Notes: generated from the sequence alone by a model not told the origin. Counted from the first letter of the stretch, positions 1 through 10,267 are shown. The stretch is 64,000 nt of DNA from an uncultured virus (IMG/VR IMGVR_UViG_2061766007_000271) (IMGVR_UViG_2061766007_000271); one strand, 5' to 3'. Numbers and translations are program-made.

Positions 1-1887
1 TTTATTTATTTTATTATCTTTTTTATCTAAATTTTCATATTCTGCAATAGTATATCTATTTAATCCAATAACATAAAACATTTCTGGCTTTTCAAATTTA
101 ACAAATTCAAATTTATATTTTATTAATTGTTCACTTTTTTCTTCATATCTTATATCCATATAATATATTAATGATGATAATGGATGAATTTTATCAAAAT
201 GATTTAAAAATTTTTCAATTAATCCATATATTTTAAAATTGGCTTTACTTACAATGCTAGAAATTTCAAATCTATTTCCATTTTCTTTATTTAATGCCAT
301 CACAGCAATCATATTTCCTTTCCAAAATAAGCCATATTGTTCAGTAAATGTTATATGTTTATGAAATGAATTTTCATTTAAAAAACATAAACATTCTTCT
401 GTTGAAATATTCTTAATTAAACAATTGTGAGATGATATTTTTTTATGATTACAATGTAATATTCTTGCTAAATAATCTTTAACAGCATTTTTATGAAATA
501 CCCACTCATCTTCAAATATATGAATTAATCTAATTCCTCTTTTTTTACATTCATTAGTTTTCCACAAATGATAATTGCTATTTTTTCCAGATTTTTCATT
601 ATGCCAAAATAATCCATCAAATTCTATAGCAATGGAATACTTTGGAATATAAATATCAAGTTCAAAAATATATTTGCCATTTTCATCTATATGATGTGTT
701 GAAATACATTCTTCATTAATTATAGAACAAATATAGTCATAAACTTCTTTTTCTTCATTAGATTTTCCATTACTATTAAGAGGATAACAATGTAAACAAC
801 GAGGCATTCTCTGGTCAATACTACAAAAATTTGTATTATATATTCTTTGTTCAAAAATATTACCACATTTTACACATTTCCATTTATAAACTTTTTTAGA
901 AGCATTACCTTCAAATTCTATTGGCTCAAATAATGGAATTACATATTCTTTCCATTTTTCATTCCGCGTATTAAAATTTCTCGTTTTAAAAGTATCAGAA
1001 CAGAAAAAAGATTCTGTTCCATAATGTTCCATCATAGTTTGTTTAGAACGTTCTTGAACATCCATATTTTTCATAGGATGCTCACATCCATATTTTTCGA
1101 TACAATGTTTTCTTCTTGCATTAAGAATGTCTTCTGAAGTTGGATTAAGAACACCATATGTGTCTAATTTATGCTGTTCAGATTTGTTTATTGTTTTTTG
1201 TTTTTGTGCTCTTTTTTCTTTAACAGATTCGATTTGAGATAAACAAGTACATCCATATTTCTGAAAAAGAGTATCTTTTATTTTTTTCTTAACAGATTCT
1301 GCTTGAGCTGGACTTTCCACTCCATATTTATCAAGACAAGTTTGTTTAATTTTTTCTTTAACAGATTCAGATTGAACTGAAAATTCACACCCATATTTAT
1401 CAAGACAAGTTTGCTTTCTTTTTTCCATTACTTCTTGTGCACTTAAAGGACTTTCAACTCCATATTTTTTTAAACAAGTATCTTTTGTTTTTTGTTTTAC
1501 ATTTTCATTTTTCATTGGATGTGTTGTACCAAATCGTTCCAAATATGTATTTTCTCTCTTTTTAAAAATATTTGCCTTTTCTTCATCAGACAACCTTTTC
1601 CATTTTTCAGAATTCGCTTGTGAACTACACTTATAAGAACAATATAATGCGCCATTAATACTGGATTTATAAGTAAGAGTTTTACCACATATAATACATT
1701 TTCTCAATTTTATTCCAAGTACAATACATTTAATTAATCTTAATTCATTTTCATACTCTGGAAATCTTTGTACTATTTTTGTACAAAGTTCTTTAATTTC
1801 AGGGTTTTTAATTAAGAAATTTCTAATCGTGTTTGGATTAAGATTTCTTCCTTCAAAATAAGAAATGATTACCTGTCTTTTTTTCAT
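1..1887 (-). CDS. Hef-like homing endonuclease (PD-(D/E)XK/Vsr-like), 3'-truncated by window edge
   Basis: Not in ORF track; read manually from ATG at 1887, still open at base 1. CxxC motifs, several KQTCLDKYGVESP-type repeats, nuclease motif ELDIYIPKYSIAIEFDGLFWH...LIHIFEDEW; markedly AT-rich. Confidence 0.8.
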   Translation of the reverse strand, partial: MKKRQVIISYFEGRNLNPNTIRNFLIKNPEIKELCTKIVQRFPEYENELRLIKCIVLGIKLRKCIICGKTLTYKSSINGALYCSYKCSSQANSEKWKRLSDEEKANIFKKRENTYLERFGTTHPMKNENVKQKTKDTCLKKYGVESPLSAQEVMEKRKQTCLDKYGCEFSVQSESVKEKIKQTCLDKYGVESPAQAESVKKKIKDTLFQKYGCTCLSQIESVKEKRAQKQKTINKSEQHKLDTYGVLNPTSEDILNARRKHCIEKYGCEHPMKNMDVQERSKQTMMEHYGTESFFCSDTFKTRNFNTRNEKWKEYVIPLFEPIEFEGNASKKVYKWKCVKCGNIFEQRIYNTNFCSIDQRMPRCLHCYPLNSNGKSNEEKEVYDYICSIINEECISTHHIDENGKYIFELDIYIPKYSIAIEFDGLFWHNEKSGKNSNYHLWKTNECKKRGIRLIHIFEDEWVFHKNAVKDYLARILHCNHKKISSHNCLIKNISTEECLCFLNENSFHKHITFTEQYGLFWKGNMIAVMALNKENGNRFEISSIVSKANFKIYGLIEKFLNHFDKIHPLSSLIYYMDIRYEEKSEQLIKYKFEFVKFEKPEMFYVIGLNRYTIAEYENLDKKDNKINK

Positions 1888-1962
1888 ACGCTTTTCCTTA
1901 TTATTATAACTACATGTACAAAACATTTCGCTTATAATAAGAAGTTACAATATAAATAAAAA

Positions 1963-2322
1963 TTAAAATTTTTCTCTCCAATCTTTCCCATATGTTTTCT
2001 CCATATACTCTATATATGGTTGAATTTCTTTTTTTCCCCATATTTCAATGGGATATGGAAAACAAGATATTTTAGCTTTTGCATCAGCATCCAAAATACC
2101 TTTCACTTCGATATAATGCCCATTCTCCAATATAAAGTCTGGTTGAAAATATTTAATTTTTTTACTTCCTTTTCGATGATAAGGAAACTTTCTAGTATTC
2201 CTCGTCAGTTCAAGATGGTTGTCATGAAAGAACACAAGAAGCGCAAGCTCCCATGACGAATCATACCACTTCCCGTTCCACCACCCACGTTTGATATCAT
2301 GATAGTTCCTTGCGCTTGGCAT
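1963..2322 (-). CDS. small PD-(D/E)XK nuclease (endonuclease I/TnsA-N-like)
   Basis: DSSWE...YFQPDF...YIEVKG motif. Confidence 0.65.
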   Translation of the reverse strand: MPSARNYHDIKRGWWNGKWYDSSWELALLVFFHDNHLELTRNTRKFPYHRKGSKKIKYFQPDFILENGHYIEVKGILDADAKAKISCFPYPIEIWGKKEIQPYIEYMEKTYGKDWREKF

Positions 2323-2734
2323 CTTCCTTCTCCTGATATTTTTTCATCTTGTCCTCGACCAGCTTTTGCCTCTTCTCCTCGCACTCACGCCATTCCTCAA
2401 GTTTCTTGTCATGGTTCATATCATACATGATATGCTCTGCGATAAAAGGACACGTGCATCCTTCGCTTGACTTTATCCTGATTTTCCACATGATGTCCTC
2501 GGCATTGCCGTATTCAAAGCGAAAGACATTGCCATAAAGCGTACACCACCCTTCTGGCACATGCTTGAACAGGGCGGATGCATCCTCAATACTGATGCAT
2601 CCGCACCCGTCCTGGCCCCATCGCTGATAATCGTCGTTCATGAACAGATACCACTTCTGTTCAATATGGTCGTACATTACCTCATGAGGATGGGAAGCCC
2701 TTCCGCAATGATGTCTGCAAAAGTTGAGATTCAT
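2297..2734 (-). CDS. hypothetical protein, Cys-rich dispersed family
   Basis: N-terminal CRHHC and C-terminal CPFIAEH as in ORFs at 33100, 50937, 57143. Confidence 0.6.
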   Translation of the reverse strand: MNLNFCRHHCGRASHPHEVMYDHIEQKWYLFMNDDYQRWGQDGCGCISIEDASALFKHVPEGWCTLYGNVFRFEYGNAEDIMWKIRIKSSEGCTCPFIAEHIMYDMNHDKKLEEWRECEEKRQKLVEDKMKKYQEKEDAKRKELS

Positions 2735-2738
2735 GGAA

Positions 2739-3791
2739 TCAATTACCGCCCTTTTCCTTTTTCTTGATGGCGTTCATAAGCTGGTCGAAATCATCGCCTT
2801 CTTCCTCAGAAGCATCGGCATTCTTGTCGTCGTAAAGACTCTCGACACCGCCGAGTTCATTGGCAAGGTCATCGACGAATTTCTGATTATCCTTGTGCTG
2901 TTGCTCCGTGAATTCCGAAACTGGGTCTGCCTGCATGTAGTATTCCTTCTGCAAAGGATTGAGTTGGACATTTTTCGGTTTCGGATTGCCCTTGTCGGAG
3001 AAATCCATTTCCAATGACATGAACACACGTTTTTCAATGATGATGTCATCGACAATGCAAGGAAACTGAGACGAAATGTCGAATCCCTCGAAACGCTCCA
3101 TTCCATTGGACATCTTGAAGTGACGGTAGCCCACGGCGGAATGCGGGGTATCATCCTTTTCAATGATTTCAATGTTCTGCGAGAACTTGTCCCAGTCATG
3201 CGTCTTGCTTCCATGATTCATCATCATGAGCAAATGGGCATAATTCAACGCTTCCTTGTAAGTCTTAAACGTATTGTGATATGAATTACTTCCGTGAGCG
3301 GAGACAGTGCTTTCAGCACCGTGACGACCATTGCGGATAGCCCACAGATTCATGGAGACGCAGTAGAAGACATTCTTTGTCTTCAATTCATTTCTTATTT
3401 TTTCCTTTTCCTTCTTTTCCTCTTCTTGCTTCATCAAGCCGAGGCATACGCCGACCTGACGCTCGGCTTCAGCGAGGTCTTCGGGGGAATCAGTCCATTC
3501 ATCGCTTTCCCAATCATCATCCTCTTCCTCGTATTCGTCTCCGAGAATGCGTTTTCTGACATCATCCATTGACATTTCATTGCCATTTTCGTCAACAGGG
3601 ATGACCTCACCATTCTTTATCTTGTCAATCGTCTTCAACGCTTCATCTGCCCAGTCTTTCATATCAGGCGTGACAGTGGCATTGCCATTACCGCTACGGG
3701 CGAGTTCCTTGATTTTGTCCGTGTACTTCTTGGCAAAATCTTCAATGTTCAGCTTGATGGAAATGTTATCCTTTTTTTCATTCTTCTTCAT
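2739..3791 (-). CDS. hypothetical acidic protein
   Basis: 350-aa ORF, AGGAG RBS, operonic spacing. Confidence 0.7.
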   Translation of the reverse strand: MKKNEKKDNISIKLNIEDFAKKYTDKIKELARSGNGNATVTPDMKDWADEALKTIDKIKNGEVIPVDENGNEMSMDDVRKRILGDEYEEEDDDWESDEWTDSPEDLAEAERQVGVCLGLMKQEEEKKEKEKIRNELKTKNVFYCVSMNLWAIRNGRHGAESTVSAHGSNSYHNTFKTYKEALNYAHLLMMMNHGSKTHDWDKFSQNIEIIEKDDTPHSAVGYRHFKMSNGMERFEGFDISSQFPCIVDDIIIEKRVFMSLEMDFSDKGNPKPKNVQLNPLQKEYYMQADPVSEFTEQQHKDNQKFVDDLANELGGVESLYDDKNADASEEEGDDFDQLMNAIKKKEKGGN

Positions 3792-3803
3792 GAAAAACTC
3801 CTT

Positions 3804-4427
3804 TTAATTAAAAAAATCACCAAAAGCTCTCTGCTCATTTTCAGGATGGTAGAATGAACTTCCATCTGCATGCTCGTATTCCTTCCGATTCTCGAAGAAG
3901 TCGGCAATGTCCTTCAATTCCTCGCCTTGGTCGCACATCTTACCCTTGTACTTGCTAGTATCCCTGTTATTGCCATAGGCGGACATGTATTTCGGATTGA
4001 AAATGTTGCCTTTTTCAGGAAAATAGATTTTCGGCACATTGTCTTCCACATAAAGAATTCCGTTGACTGGGCATTCCCAATCCCCTCCGCAATGGAATGC
4101 GAAGAACAACGCACCGCTGTCAAGAGAATGAAGACCCATCAGACCATTCCGTGTCATATCGAGGTATTCCTTGTCCGTATACTCATATTCTTTCTTCCAA
4201 TCGCGTCTATCATCAACATTTTCAAAGTCAACATTGATGTTCGGCATGTCAAAATTCTCTGCCACATGCACGACATCATAGATATATCGCGACAAGGTTT
4301 TTTCCCAGTTTTTCTTGCGAATTGAGCCTCCGAACTCCTCTTTGAAATCAATCGCCCCTTCCTTTCTTAGTTTCTTGAAGATAGATTTGAAGAACTTGTC
4401 TTCCTTTGTGCAGATGTTTCTTGCCAT
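3804..4427 (-). CDS. hypothetical protein
   Basis: 207-aa ORF with AAGGAG RBS downstream of promoter at 4475-4502. Confidence 0.7.
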   Translation of the reverse strand: MARNICTKEDKFFKSIFKKLRKEGAIDFKEEFGGSIRKKNWEKTLSRYIYDVVHVAENFDMPNINVDFENVDDRRDWKKEYEYTDKEYLDMTRNGLMGLHSLDSGALFFAFHCGGDWECPVNGILYVEDNVPKIYFPEKGNIFNPKYMSAYGNNRDTSKYKGKMCDQGEELKDIADFFENRKEYEHADGSSFYHPENEQRAFGDFFN

Positions 4428-4474
4428 AGTTTGCTCCTTTGAAATGATGTAATGATAGAAAATCTTTTACTATT

Positions 4475-4502
4475 AATATACACCGTCTTTTCAAGAATGC
4501 AA
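4475..4502 (-). promoter_or_regulatory. sigma70-type promoter, class I
   Basis: TTGCAT-16 bp-TATATT; same geometry recurs at 12 other intergenic sites. Confidence 0.7.
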
Positions 4503-4513
4503 ATTTTCTTGAC

Positions 4514-4552
4514 AAAAAAATAGCGGATATGGTGAAAATCCATATCCGCTTT
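4514..4552 (-). terminator. intrinsic terminator
   Basis: AGCGGATATGG/CCATATCCGCT stem followed by T-tract on minus strand. Confidence 0.7.
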
Positions 4553-4571
4553 CATGAGATTTCTTCTTTAA

Positions 4572-5138
4572 TTAAAGGTATACCAGCTTGAGCGTCCTTT
4601 CGATGTAGTCAGCTTTATTCTCAACCGCTGGCATGGTCTCGACCTTGATTCCCCAATCTTCAATCAATCCGCGTATCAGCATGTCGATTTTCCACTGGAA
4701 ATACGTATTGACCGTCCTGACTCCGTTGGATTCAAGCCATCCGCCTTTGTATGGGAAGTAAAACAGGTGGGAATACAGCTTCATGTTTTCCTTGCAGACA
4801 CGTTCAAGCGTGGAGATTTCATCCTCCCCGTACTTGTCCACGGAAAGCAACGCATAGGCGAAGCATTCCAATGTCGTCCTGTCGGTGATGAACCCGTCTT
4901 TCTCCAGCAATTGCTCCTGTCGCACCTTTTTGTCCACGATGCTGTATTCAATATCCTTGCTGGACAGGAATTTCTCCACGCACTCGCAACTGTCGTAATC
5001 GTATCCGAGTTCCTTCAGCAACGGTCTTGTAATGTCTTTCGAGCGAAGAAAAGGTATTCCCATCTTCTTCGCCACTTCCGTCGCCACTCCGCTCTTTCCA
5101 AGCCCTGCGCTTCCAATCAATCCAATTCTATAACACAT
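4572..5138 (-). CDS. P-loop nucleotide-kinase-like protein (AAA_28/NadR-C-like)
   Basis: Walker A GSAGLGKS, ITDRT, LFYFP...ESNGVR. Confidence 0.7.
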   Translation of the reverse strand: MCYRIGLIGSAGLGKSGVATEVAKKMGIPFLRSKDITRPLLKELGYDYDSCECVEKFLSSKDIEYSIVDKKVRQEQLLEKDGFITDRTTLECFAYALLSVDKYGEDEISTLERVCKENMKLYSHLFYFPYKGGWLESNGVRTVNTYFQWKIDMLIRGLIEDWGIKVETMPAVENKADYIERTLKLVYL

Positions 5139-5183
5139 AATGCACCTCCTTTACAGGATAATATGGCATTGAAAATGAATTTT

Positions 5184-5660
5184 TTATTCCTGAGTCTTGA
5201 CAAAATGCAATCCCCAGTGGTCTGAATCCCTGTAGATATACATGCTTCTTTTCTGAAGCTGGTCGAAAATGGGCTGGATTAAAGTGTTCACCATATTCTC
5301 GCGTTGTTCATCTTTGTCATGGTCTTTATCCCATCTGGATTGGTATTCGGATATGAATTCGGAACATTCCCCTTGCAGTCCGCGTGCTTCCACATATGAC
5401 AAGATTGCGCTTTTGGAAGTTGCCCCGATTCTTTCGTCGCCCGTCAATTCGGCAACGTAGCTCCTGTAATCTTCCCCGCATGATTCCGCGAATTTCTGCA
5501 TCGCATATTCACTGACATCCTGTTTCCCGTCAACAAACTGCCGTACAATTCCCTCCAAAGACATTTCGTTCTCCGAGAAAAACACGGATGTCAGGAATTC
5601 GGAAATCATCCGTTCGTCAATTCCACGGATGATTTCCCATTTTATTACCGTATAAGCCAT
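5184..5660 (-). CDS. hypothetical protein
   Basis: 158-aa ORF, start overlaps ferritin stop. Confidence 0.65.
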   Translation of the reverse strand: MAYTVIKWEIIRGIDERMISEFLTSVFFSENEMSLEGIVRQFVDGKQDVSEYAMQKFAESCGEDYRSYVAELTGDERIGATSKSAILSYVEARGLQGECSEFISEYQSRWDKDHDKDEQRENMVNTLIQPIFDQLQKRSMYIYRDSDHWGLHFVKTQE

Positions 5661-6196
5661 TACTTGCAGTGTTCTTCCTTCAGCATTTCAAGGTCGTACT
5701 TGTGCTCGCATTCATCAGCTAAAATGCTTCTGCACAGTCTCATCGTCACTTCATCAATGCCCTTACAGTAGTCAATCATCTTTTCGTAATAGGCGATTGC
5801 GTCCTCTTCAGCCTTGATGGTGATGGACAGTTCCTCACAAACAGAATCGCTGTTCACTTCCGTCCAAGGATTGCCGAGCACCTGCCATTCGTTCGGATTG
5901 AAGATTGGCTTGCCACCAAGCTGTTTGATGCGCTCCATGATTTTGTCAGCATGGTCTTTCTCTTCCTTTTCGTGTTGGGCGAATTCCTCGATTGCGTCAT
6001 GACGACCTTCGCCACGGGCGAGATTCTTGCAGACCCAATACTGATAGGAAGCCAGAAGTTCGTCAGCCAACGCCTTGATAAGCATCTTGACCACGCCTTC
6101 CTGATTCCTGTCGGTCTTCGACTGGTTTTCGTTCACGATTCCTTCCAACGCCTCGATGTATTTATCGATTTCGGCAGCGGTGATATTCTTTTCCAT
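5660..6196 (-). CDS. ferritin-like di-iron protein (DpsL/bacterioferritin-like)
   Basis: ALADELLASYQY, EEKDHA..I.ERI.QLGG, AEEDAI..Y, ILADECEH ferroxidase ligands. Confidence 0.9.
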   Translation of the reverse strand: MEKNITAAEIDKYIEALEGIVNENQSKTDRNQEGVVKMLIKALADELLASYQYWVCKNLARGEGRHDAIEEFAQHEKEEKDHADKIMERIKQLGGKPIFNPNEWQVLGNPWTEVNSDSVCEELSITIKAEEDAIAYYEKMIDYCKGIDEVTMRLCRSILADECEHKYDLEMLKEEHCK

Positions 6197-6233
6197 TGTT
6201 GTTCTCCTTGTATATGTTTATGATTAAGCATTA

Positions 6234-6563
6234 TTATTGCTTTACATATTTATTATACGTATCTTCATTTACATTTCCAGCAAGCGTATTGAACAATGAG
6301 CATACAGCCTTTTCCTGTTCGTCGGTCTTCAGCCCAGACACCACGGCGACATCTCCGTTCAACGTAATTGGAAGGTCAAGCGTCCCTCCTGCGCTCCATC
6401 TCGCCACGCCGTCCGCCGTAAGCTCCTTCTTCCCCTCGAACATGCAACTCCATGTCCTTTGCTCGTCAACGACTTCGGCGACATAATCCGTTTTCAGGAA
6501 ATCGCGGATTTTCATCGTCTGCGCCGACACGATTCTTCTGGCTATCCGTTCGCATTTGTCCAT
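6234..6563 (-). CDS. hypothetical protein with shared N-terminal leader
   Basis: Start reassigned to ATG 6563 (GAGG RBS): MDKCERIARRIVSA. Confidence 0.65.
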   Translation of the reverse strand: MDKCERIARRIVSAQTMKIRDFLKTDYVAEVVDEQRTWSCMFEGKKELTADGVARWSAGGTLDLPITLNGDVAVVSGLKTDEQEKAVCSLFNTLAGNVNEDTYNKYVKQ

Positions 6564-6616
6564 GTCTTCAGTCCTCTGGAAACTTGTTTCATTTGTTAAA
6601 TACAAGGAAAATAAAC

Positions 6617-6658
6617 AAAAAGTCACTGCGCGGGGGAGGAGAAAACGCGCAGTGACTT
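6617..6658 (-). terminator. intrinsic terminator
   Basis: AAGTCACTGCGCG/CGCGCAGTGACTT stem plus T-tract. Confidence 0.7.
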
Positions 6659-6687
6659 AATTGGTTCGTAAATTCGAACCTATGTTT

Positions 6688-7254
6688 TTAATCTTTCTTC
6701 ATCAGCGACCTGTGCATTGAAACAATGTCAGTCGCTTCGCTGACCTTCATTTTTCGCTGGTTCATTTGCTCGACATCATCTTCAGTAATCGAAGTGGAAA
6801 TCTTGATAAGACCAGCCGTGACCAAGTCCTTCATGGACGACAGCGCGAATCCCTTTGCCTTCCATGCCTCAAAATACATTGCGGTACTGTCGCGCTTGGC
6901 ACGGAGTTCATCGAGCTTCTGGTTCCATTCCTCAAGCTCCTTTTCGTGCTTCGTATTCATCAAGGACAAAATATTGTTCTGATTGTCCTTCTGACCAATC
7001 TTCCTGATGGTGGAACTGCATGTATCGTAAAGCTCTGCATAACGCGCTTTATAGTGACGTTCCATTTCGTTGTACTCGGCTTCGCACTTCTTCGCCAGAG
7101 TACCATAGTACGCAATTCCCGCTGCCTGAACCCTAAGCTGTTCGAGAAAATTCTCCTCAGTCACTTGCAATGCATCGTAGTCAGGCGTGTCAAACCTGAA
7201 TGCGTCGAATTCTATGCCGTGACCTTTTTCAAAAGCATCATCAAACTTGCTCAT
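6688..7254 (-). CDS. coiled-coil protein, possibly UvsY-like recombination mediator
   Basis: Helical 188 aa; QAAGIAYY..L pattern recalls UvsY-like proteins; weak resemblance only. Confidence 0.4.
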   Translation of the reverse strand: MSKFDDAFEKGHGIEFDAFRFDTPDYDALQVTEENFLEQLRVQAAGIAYYGTLAKKCEAEYNEMERHYKARYAELYDTCSSTIRKIGQKDNQNNILSLMNTKHEKELEEWNQKLDELRAKRDSTAMYFEAWKAKGFALSSMKDLVTAGLIKISTSITEDDVEQMNQRKMKVSEATDIVSMHRSLMKKD

Positions 7255-7507
7255 TCCCTGAACCCTCCACCATCTTCTTCATCTTGTTCAGAAGATTCGC
7301 TTCTTTCCTATAGTCTGATACTTTCTGGCTTATCGCCTCGCACAGCCGTTCCCTGCAATCCTTGTAGCTCTTCAACGACTGGACACCGCAGACCAATTGC
7401 CCGTCATTCGTCAGCTCTCCCTTATAAATCGTCCCGTGAGGAAACTGGTATCCTTCCTTTATCGTGACTTTGACACCGTTTTCGTCGCGTTCAAAATACT
7501 TTTCCAT
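7241..7507 (-). CDS. hypothetical protein
   Basis: 88-aa ORF coupled to neighbours. Confidence 0.55.
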   Translation of the reverse strand: MEKYFERDENGVKVTIKEGYQFPHGTIYKGELTNDGQLVCGVQSLKSYKDCRERLCEAISQKVSDYRKEANLLNKMKKMVEGSGNEQV

Positions 7508-8202
7508 CAGTTTTTCTCCATTTTTCTCAACATCATATTGCGTTCACCATACTGCTTATCAACTTTGTAGTCGGGATGATGGCTATCCACCATCACATTC
7601 CACGACATATCCTGAAATTTCTCAAGCATCGCTCCTGCTCCGATATAACCGTACATGATGTTCTTTATCACGTCTTTCTTCTCGAATGCGGGTTTTGCCT
7701 TGTAAACTATTTCATTCCCGACTTTCACCTGTCCATAATAGAACACGTTTCCGTTGTAATCCTTCCTGCATATGCTGACATCCACATCGGACTTCGATTT
7801 TTCCAGCAAGAAAAGCGTCCTCGACAAGGATGAAAAACACGAGACAAAGAAATCATCGTCCTTTGGAGGAATATGCTCCCATCCATGAAGATTTATTACA
7901 GGGACATCATTCGGATTGACTTTTTCGCAAATATCAATTATTTTAAATATCAGTTCAGCAGCCTTGTCTATCTTCGCCAACAGATTCTCGAATGCATTGA
8001 ACTTGGTCTCTCCCTTTTCTTTAAAGAGAACAAAGCTTACGCCCCCATTTTTTCCTTGCTTGACGGCAACACCAGCGGAATAATAGGTCTTTGTCTCGAT
8101 ACCACGTGTGCTAGTCCATTTGGATTCATGCTCCGTCGCAAGATTCACAACCATGTTGCTGTTTGGCACATCCCATGCTTCATTCTCGGAATTCTTGTAC
8201 AT
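7507..8202 (-). CDS. hypothetical protein
   Basis: 231-aa ORF with AAGGAG RBS. Confidence 0.7.
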   Translation of the reverse strand: MYKNSENEAWDVPNSNMVVNLATEHESKWTSTRGIETKTYYSAGVAVKQGKNGGVSFVLFKEKGETKFNAFENLLAKIDKAAELIFKIIDICEKVNPNDVPVINLHGWEHIPPKDDDFFVSCFSSLSRTLFLLEKSKSDVDVSICRKDYNGNVFYYGQVKVGNEIVYKAKPAFEKKDVIKNIMYGYIGAGAMLEKFQDMSWNVMVDSHHPDYKVDKQYGERNMMLRKMEKN

Positions 8203-8279
8203 CTGAAAACAATCTCCTTTGTTGATTTCCTGTTAAAACAATACGATGATATTATAAAATGCACCGAAAAACGGATATG

Positions 8280-9029
8280 TCAACTGGCATTGCCTGATTT
8301 TTTCGCATTTTCAATCTGCTCGACCAATTTTTCACAGGCTTCAATTCCCTCTTTGTCATCATGCTTCTTGGCGAACACTTGCATAAGCGAAAGAAATTTC
8401 GTCGGTGTCATCAACTGATTGTCATAATCGACAATCTTCTTTCTGAAATCTGGGTCGTCAATCCTCTTGCCAAGCGACAAGGCGACATCCAAAAGCAATG
8501 TCCTGACATTCTCCTTGCTGATGTTGCTCTTGCGGATACGCAACGTGTCCTTCATGACGAAGAGATACTTGTTGACAATATTGTTGGAGCAAACCGTGTT
8601 CAGGGCAGGAGGGCAGTAGAACGGATTTTTCTTGTTTTCCTCGACGGAAAGGAAGTCATCGAAAAACCATTCGAGGAATTCGACATAGTTCCCTCCTTCC
8701 TCTTTGATTGTCTGGATGGCGCGGTCGATGTTGCACTGGTGCAACGGGGTAATCTTGTCCCTGAATTCGAAGTTTGTATACGTAAGGTACTTCTTCTTGA
8801 ACAACGCGATGAAACCCCACTTGTCGGCTTTCGCGTTATCCATGTCGATGTCCTTGCCACCAGATTCCTTGATTGCCTGAGCTATCTTCAATTCGTTCAT
8901 AAGAGTCGTCAAGGCGACATTCACTTTCGGTGGCAACTTACGCCAGTCCTCGTCGGCAGCCCACTGGAAAACATGGTTGTTGATGTCGTCTATCAGTTCG
9001 ATGTATCTTGTCTTTGATTTAAGTGCCAT
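8280..9029 (-). CDS. hypothetical protein
   Basis: 249-aa ORF, GGAGG RBS, class II motif at 9075-9084. Confidence 0.7.
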   Translation of the reverse strand: MALKSKTRYIELIDDINNHVFQWAADEDWRKLPPKVNVALTTLMNELKIAQAIKESGGKDIDMDNAKADKWGFIALFKKKYLTYTNFEFRDKITPLHQCNIDRAIQTIKEEGGNYVEFLEWFFDDFLSVEENKKNPFYCPPALNTVCSNNIVNKYLFVMKDTLRIRKSNISKENVRTLLLDVALSLGKRIDDPDFRKKIVDYDNQLMTPTKFLSLMQVFAKKHDDKEGIEACEKLVEQIENAKKSGNAS

Positions 9030-9089
9030 ACTGTTCCTCCTTCGTTTCTTTAAACCAAATATGCTTCTGGAAATAATATGGCATCAAAT

Positions 9090-9572
9090 TCAAATGTCTC
9101 TTGTGATTCTGTCAACAGATTTTACAAGTGCGTCATTTTCAGACAAAAGCAATGTCGTAAGATAATCCTCGTGATGAGTTTTCTTCAATGCGATGATGAC
9201 TCGATTGATGTACCCCTTGTTCTCGTCCATGTAAACAAGCAGGATTTCTGGCTTGTCATACTTTTCAGCCAATTCGATGACCTTGCTTGAGAAAATCTTG
9301 TCATCAATTCTACTATGCACAAGTTCCATAGACTCCTCAAGATTGTAGCCATGAGCGCAAAGGCATTCGAGGCATCCAGAGGCGATGTGCTGGTTCGAGC
9401 TGTCGAGATACTCCTTCATCCATTCGAGCTTGTCAAGAGAATAAAATTTGTCAAGTCCCCTCGCCACCGTCCTGAACGAACGTTCGGAATACAATCCGCG
9501 AAGACATTTGCTTTTCAATGCGCTGATGTGGTTGTCAGCTATCCTAGTGTACGTACTTGAAAAGTCAGCCAT
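9090..9572 (-). CDS. hypothetical alpha-helical protein
   Basis: 160-aa ORF. Confidence 0.6.
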   Translation of the reverse strand: MADFSSTYTRIADNHISALKSKCLRGLYSERSFRTVARGLDKFYSLDKLEWMKEYLDSSNQHIASGCLECLCAHGYNLEESMELVHSRIDDKIFSSKVIELAEKYDKPEILLVYMDENKGYINRVIIALKKTHHEDYLTTLLLSENDALVKSVDRITRDI

Positions 9573-9592
9573 TGGTCAAAAATCCTTTTTGA

Positions 9593-9868
9593 TTAACAAA
9601 AAAATTCCAGTAAATAAAACGACATAAATATCAATGTAAGCGGTACTGTGAATACCCACAACGCAGCATAAAGAATTGAAAACACGAATGCTGTAAAAAT
9701 AAGCATCGGGACGGAAGCATCATGCAGAGATGTACCTTCCAAACGCATCCGTATCGAATCCCAACTGGAAGAATCCGACACGATGAAAAAGGATATCAGC
9801 ACCATCAATAGCATGAACGCTATCAACGATGCTATGACAAGATAAAATTCAGCGTATTGGTTTATCAT
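9593..9868 (-). CDS. small membrane protein
   Basis: Two hydrophobic segments; similar layout to 9957-10208. Confidence 0.6.
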   Translation of the reverse strand: MINQYAEFYLVIASLIAFMLLMVLISFFIVSDSSSWDSIRMRLEGTSLHDASVPMLIFTAFVFSILYAALWVFTVPLTLIFMSFYLLEFFC

Positions 9869-9889
9869 AATGCCTTATTATACCAAAAT

Positions 9890-9928
9890 AAAAAAACTCG
9901 TGGCACATAATTAATATGCCACGAGTTG
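9890..9928 (-). terminator. intrinsic terminator
   Basis: AACTCGTGGCA/TGCCACGAGTT stem plus T-tract. Confidence 0.65.
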
Positions 9929-9956
9929 TCAAAATGTCAAGCGACAATCCAATTAT

Positions 9957-10208
9957 TTAAACAACGCAACGGACAAGCCTGATGACTGGAATTGACACAA
10001 TCCATGTCAGGGACAAAATCACAATGATGGTGTTCAGTATCAGAAGAAACGAGAAGTCCGACATTCCGCGAAGATATTCGCAGTTGTACTTCAAAGACTT
10101 GTAATTCTTCTTGGCAATCTGAAAAGCCACGGACATGATTAGCAACGCCACCAGCAAATAGATTGCGAACAGCACATAAAGAGCAACATTCAGTAAAGTT
10201 ACGTTCAT
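9957..10208 (-). CDS. small membrane protein
   Basis: Start at ATG 10208 (AAGGAG); two TM segments. Confidence 0.6.
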   Translation of the reverse strand: MNVTLLNVALYVLFAIYLLVALLIMSVAFQIAKKNYKSLKYNCEYLRGMSDFSFLLILNTIIVILSLTWIVSIPVIRLVRCVV

Positions 10209-10267
10209 TTCAAATTCTCCTTTGATTTGATGATTGGTTCCAGACGGATTCTCCGTCTTACATCCAT

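Noticed and set aside
4572..5138. P-loop kinase as nicotinamide riboside kinase of the NAD pathway
   Set aside because: 49 kb from the cluster and under a different promoter class; substrate cannot be inferred from sequence.
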